Shown in pieces: positions 60,812 through 64,000 of a DNA stretch of 64,000 bases. The position numbers and the translations under genes are program-made. Each line of letters begins with the position of its first letter. The stretch's first letter is position 1. This DNA comes from Opitutales bacterium (lineage in GTDB: Bacteria; Verrucomicrobiota; Verrucomicrobiia; Opitutales; JABSRG01): contig JBMYOQ010000015.1 of NCBI GenBank assembly GCA_049599475.1, forward strand, positions 1 through 64,000, read 5' to 3'. The notes under the pieces are model-generated. The model was not told the DNA's origin and searched no databases. It worked only from the letters and a program-made list of their open reading frames with translations.

Positions 60812-60838
60812 TCAACAATAATTTCTCTGAGAAATAAT
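60812..60838 (-). repeat. Right, inverted copy of the motif
   Basis: TCAACAATAATTTCTCTGAGAAATAAT; includes the ATTTCTC-T-GAGAAAT palindrome. Confidence 0.7.
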
Positions 60839-60901
60839 GAGCAGGTAGAAGAATGGAAAGGTGGGTTGATTCTTTTGTGAGGAGGTGCTGATGATATAAG
60901 G

Positions 60902-62326
60902 ATGGAGTCTGTCTTTAATGTATTAGCTGATCGTTATGCCTCGTCGGATATGCTGGGTATTTGGTCGGCCGAGGGTAAGATACGAGTTGAGCGTTCTTTG
61001 TGGATCGCGGTTATGCGCGCGCAGCAGTCGCTGGGGTTGAGCATACCTGATGAAGCTATTGATGCCTATGAGCGTGTGGTGGATACCGTTGATGTTGCTT
61101 CGATCAAGGAGCGGGAGCGTATAACACGTCACGATGTGAAGGCTCGCATTGAGGAGTTTTGTGATCTCGCAGGCCATGAATATGTCCATATGGGGATGAC
61201 TAGCCGGGATCTTACTGAAAATGTAGAGCAGCTTCAGGTTAAGCGCTCTTTGGATCTTGTGCTGAAAAAGGCCATTGCTGTCTTGGCCAAAATTCAAGCA
61301 CGCGCGGAGGAGAATATTGCGACTCCATTGGCGGCTCGTACGCACAACGTTGCTGCTCAGGTTACATCGGTTGGTAAGCGGTGGGCGATGTTTGGTGAGG
61401 AATTGTTACTATCAGTGAAGCGGCTGGAGTCTTTAATCGAGATGTATCCACTGCGTGGGCTTAAAGGAGCAGTAGGGACTCAGAAAGATGCCTTACAATT
61501 ATTAGGAGGCGATGTCTCAAAAGTCCAAACGCTAGAGAAAGCAGTATCTGATCATTTAGGCTTCGCTGGTTCTCTGAGTAATGTAGGCCAGGTATATCCA
61601 CGTAGTTTGGATACCGCGGTTGTTGATGCTTTGGTGGAGCTTGCATCCGGGCCAAGTAATTTTGCCAAAACGCTGCGCTTGATGGCTGGCCAAGATTTGG
61701 CAAGTGAAGGATTTGCGCCCGGTCAGACGGGTTCGTCGGCAATGCCTCATAAAATGAATAGTCGGAGCTGCGAGCGTGTAAATGGCTTCCATACTATCTT
61801 AAAAGGCTATCAGACCATGGCTTCTGGACTCGCGGGTGATCAATGGAACGAAGGAGATGTCTCCTGCTCAGTAGTGCGCCGAGTCTGTTTACCTGATGCG
61901 TTTTTCGCGATTGATGGTCTGTTTGAAACATTTCTTACCGTGTTGAACCAGATGGATGTGAACGACGCCGTTGTCGACGCGGAGGTCGTGCGTTACCTAC
62001 CATTCCTAGCTTCTACCTCATTACTTATGGCAACTGTCGGGAAGGGCATGGGCCGCGAGCAAGCGCATGGATTAGTGAAAAAACATGCCTTGGCAGCCAT
62101 CGCCGCAATGCGTTCTGGAGAGACTGTTGAGAATCGCATGCTCGCTGATCTCTCAACCGAGTCGGATTGGCCGCTTTCTCTGGATGAAATGGAAGCTTTG
62201 CTGGAGAAATCAAAATACGAAATGGGGATGGCTGAGAGCCAAGTAAGTGCATTTTCGAGCTCGGTGGAGGCGCTCATTCACAAGTATCCTGCAGCCAAAG
62301 GTGTCGAACCAGAATCCATTCTATAG
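60902..62326 (+). CDS. purB: Adenylosuccinate lyase
   Basis: RYAS, TRHDV, HMGMTS, RTH, GSSAMPHKMN. Confidence 0.96.
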   Translation: MESVFNVLADRYASSDMLGIWSAEGKIRVERSLWIAVMRAQQSLGLSIPDEAIDAYERVVDTVDVASIKERERITRHDVKARIEEFCDLAGHEYVHMGMTSRDLTENVEQLQVKRSLDLVLKKAIAVLAKIQARAEENIATPLAARTHNVAAQVTSVGKRWAMFGEELLLSVKRLESLIEMYPLRGLKGAVGTQKDALQLLGGDVSKVQTLEKAVSDHLGFAGSLSNVGQVYPRSLDTAVVDALVELASGPSNFAKTLRLMAGQDLASEGFAPGQTGSSAMPHKMNSRSCERVNGFHTILKGYQTMASGLAGDQWNEGDVSCSVVRRVCLPDAFFAIDGLFETFLTVLNQMDVNDAVVDAEVVRYLPFLASTSLLMATVGKGMGREQAHGLVKKHALAAIAAMRSGETVENRMLADLSTESDWPLSLDEMEALLEKSKYEMGMAESQVSAFSSSVEALIHKYPAAKGVEPESIL

Positions 62327-62442
62327 AATATCTTTGGAAAATGGAGTAATGTTCTGCCCATAGCCTTGCTATATTGCGGGTTTTGGGTTGCGTTCGCTCT
62401 ACTCCGAAAATACACCCATCCGTTTTAACTTTATCTCAGAAC

Positions 62443-63705
62443 ATGGCCGAAGAACTTGTAGGAAATTGTCTTGTAGCACAGTCGGGCGGACCCACCGCCG
62501 TCATCAACGCTAGTCTAGCGGGTGTTATCACCGAAGCTTTGAACTACGAATTCATCGAAGAAATCTACGGTGCGAACAACGGAGTCCTCGGAATCCTTAA
62601 CGAAGATTTTATCGATCTTGCCGAGCAATCGCAGCAGACAGTTCGTGGGCTCCGCTACACTCCGTCATCTGCCTTGGGCACGTGCCGCTACAAGCTGAAG
62701 AAGCAGCAGGATTTTGAACGTGTGCTCGAAGTTTTCCAGGCGCACAACATTCGTTACTTCTTCTACATTGGTGGCAACGATTCTCAAGATACTGCGGACA
62801 AGATCTCCAAGCTGGCACAAGAGCGTGGCTACGAGTTGCGTGTGATTGGCATCCCCAAGACGATCGATAACGATTTGGTCGGCACAGACCACACTCCTGG
62901 CTATGGATCAGTTATCAAGTATATCAGTGCCACTGTCCGCGAAATGGCATGCGATCACGAGGGAATGGGGCAGCATGATCTGGTGTCCATCCTGGAAGTG
63001 ATGGGTCGCAGTGCAGGATGGATTGCTGCTGGGGCTTCGTTGGCCAAGCGTCGCGATCAACCTAATGATCCTCCTCATATCATTTGCCTGCCAGAGGTTG
63101 CATTCTCACCCGAGAAATTCATCGCAGATGTCCAGCAAGTGCTCAAGCGTGAGAAATACTGCTTGGTCGTGGTTGGCGAAGGTCTTGTGGATGAAGACGG
63201 CAATTTCGTGTCCACATCATCGGGTGCCAAAGATGCCTTTGGGCATGCTCAGCTCGGCGGAGCTGGTGACTACTTGATGGGACTCGTTGAAGAGCGTTTG
63301 GGCATCAAGGCTCGCTCTGCGAAACTCGGCATTCCGCAGCGCGCAGCTGCACATTGTTCATCACAAGCAGACAATAATGAAGCCTTCCTTGCTGGCGAAG
63401 CAGCGGTCCAAGCAGCTGTAAAAGGTAAGACAGGTAAGATGGTCACGCTTGTGCGTGGAGAATCTGAGCCCTACACCTGTGAAACGGGTTTGATCGATCT
63501 GAGCGAAGTTGCTAACGGCGTAAAGATGCTCCCTCGCGAATGGATCAACGAGGATGGCATCAGCATGAATTTCCCATTCTACAAATACGCAAATCCTCTC
63601 ATTCAGGGAGAAGTCGCAGTGCCCTTCGAGCATGGTGTGCCGAAATTTGTGCGCCTTGCCCAGGTTAAGGTAGACAGGCTTCTCGAGCCTTACGCGATCG
63701 GATAA
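62443..63705 (+). CDS. 6-phosphofructokinase, probably PPi-dependent
   Basis: QSGGPTAVIN, GGNDS, PKTIDND, EVMGR. Confidence 0.9.
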   Translation: MAEELVGNCLVAQSGGPTAVINASLAGVITEALNYEFIEEIYGANNGVLGILNEDFIDLAEQSQQTVRGLRYTPSSALGTCRYKLKKQQDFERVLEVFQAHNIRYFFYIGGNDSQDTADKISKLAQERGYELRVIGIPKTIDNDLVGTDHTPGYGSVIKYISATVREMACDHEGMGQHDLVSILEVMGRSAGWIAAGASLAKRRDQPNDPPHIICLPEVAFSPEKFIADVQQVLKREKYCLVVVGEGLVDEDGNFVSTSSGAKDAFGHAQLGGAGDYLMGLVEERLGIKARSAKLGIPQRAAAHCSSQADNNEAFLAGEAAVQAAVKGKTGKMVTLVRGESEPYTCETGLIDLSEVANGVKMLPREWINEDGISMNFPFYKYANPLIQGEVAVPFEHGVPKFVRLAQVKVDRLLEPYAIG

Positions 63706-63727
63706 GCGATTCGCTTAACCTCTTTTC

Positions 63728-63761
63728 GAGCCCGTGGTCTTTGATGGATCGCGGGCTTTTT
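63728..63761 (+). terminator. Rho-independent terminator
   Basis: GAGCCCGTGGTC...GATCGCGGGCTTTTT. Confidence 0.75.
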
Positions 63762-63828
63762 GTTTCTAATGCAAAGTTTGGCTCAAAAAACTTGAAGGAT
63801 GCTGGGCTGAGATGTCGTCTTATTACCA

Positions 63829-64000
63829 GTGAAGAATTGTCTTCAGTATCTACTGTTTATTACCTGGATGTCGTGCGTTGCTCTCTCGGCGGCCCAACTT
63901 GATACCCTTTTGGAGCGATCCCCATTTCTTCCCAATGGAACTGTTCCTGCGAATAAAGGTAGAGATGAGCGGCCTAAAAACGGCACCAAACCACTTTCTG
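63829..64000 (+). CDS. Partial hypothetical exported protein (runs off the window)
   Basis: Open frame from GTG: KNCLQYLLFITWMSCVALSAAQLDTLLERSPFLP... Confidence 0.5.
   Translation, partial: MKNCLQYLLFITWMSCVALSAAQLDTLLERSPFLPNGTVPANKGRDERPKNGTKPLS

Larger units (their letters stand above)
54253..60838. mobile_element. Candidate RAYT-associated element carrying imuA-imuB-dnaE2
   Basis: 27-bp imperfect inverted repeats (23/27) at both ends, HUH transposase inside, inserted between mgtE and purB. Confidence 0.5.

Overview
Mostly housekeeping chromosome from a bacterium that looks Verrucomicrobia/Opitutales-like (an inference from the PEP-CTERM, TonB-receptor and DUF5069-type genes). It contains leuCD, aroC, purC/purB, metXW, cysE, rpmH-rnpA-yidD-yidC, rpsR, rpsB-tsf, prfB with its programmed +1 frameshift, rlmN, birA, lgt, mgtE, tRNA-Glu(TTC) and a TPP riboswitch upstream of a TonB-dependent receptor. 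The most unusual region is 54.25-60.84 kb. There an imuA-imuB-dnaE2 mutagenesis cassette and a divergent RAYT/IS200-like HUH transposase lie between mgtE and purB, bounded by a 27-bp imperfect inverted repeat with three further internal copies. The region also shows a sharp local G/C-skew flip, an 89-bp perfect tandem duplication and a palindromic SOS-like operator. Other candidates are a ~213-nt rod-shaped 6S-like ncRNA with its own promoter, a putative sRNA, an MhqR-like regulator with two operators, an ECF sigma paired with a TM-VOC protein, an orphan CheB next to a hybrid kinase, and a cNMP-binding membrane protein with a degenerate M50-like domain. All family calls come from recognising motifs by eye; no searches were run.
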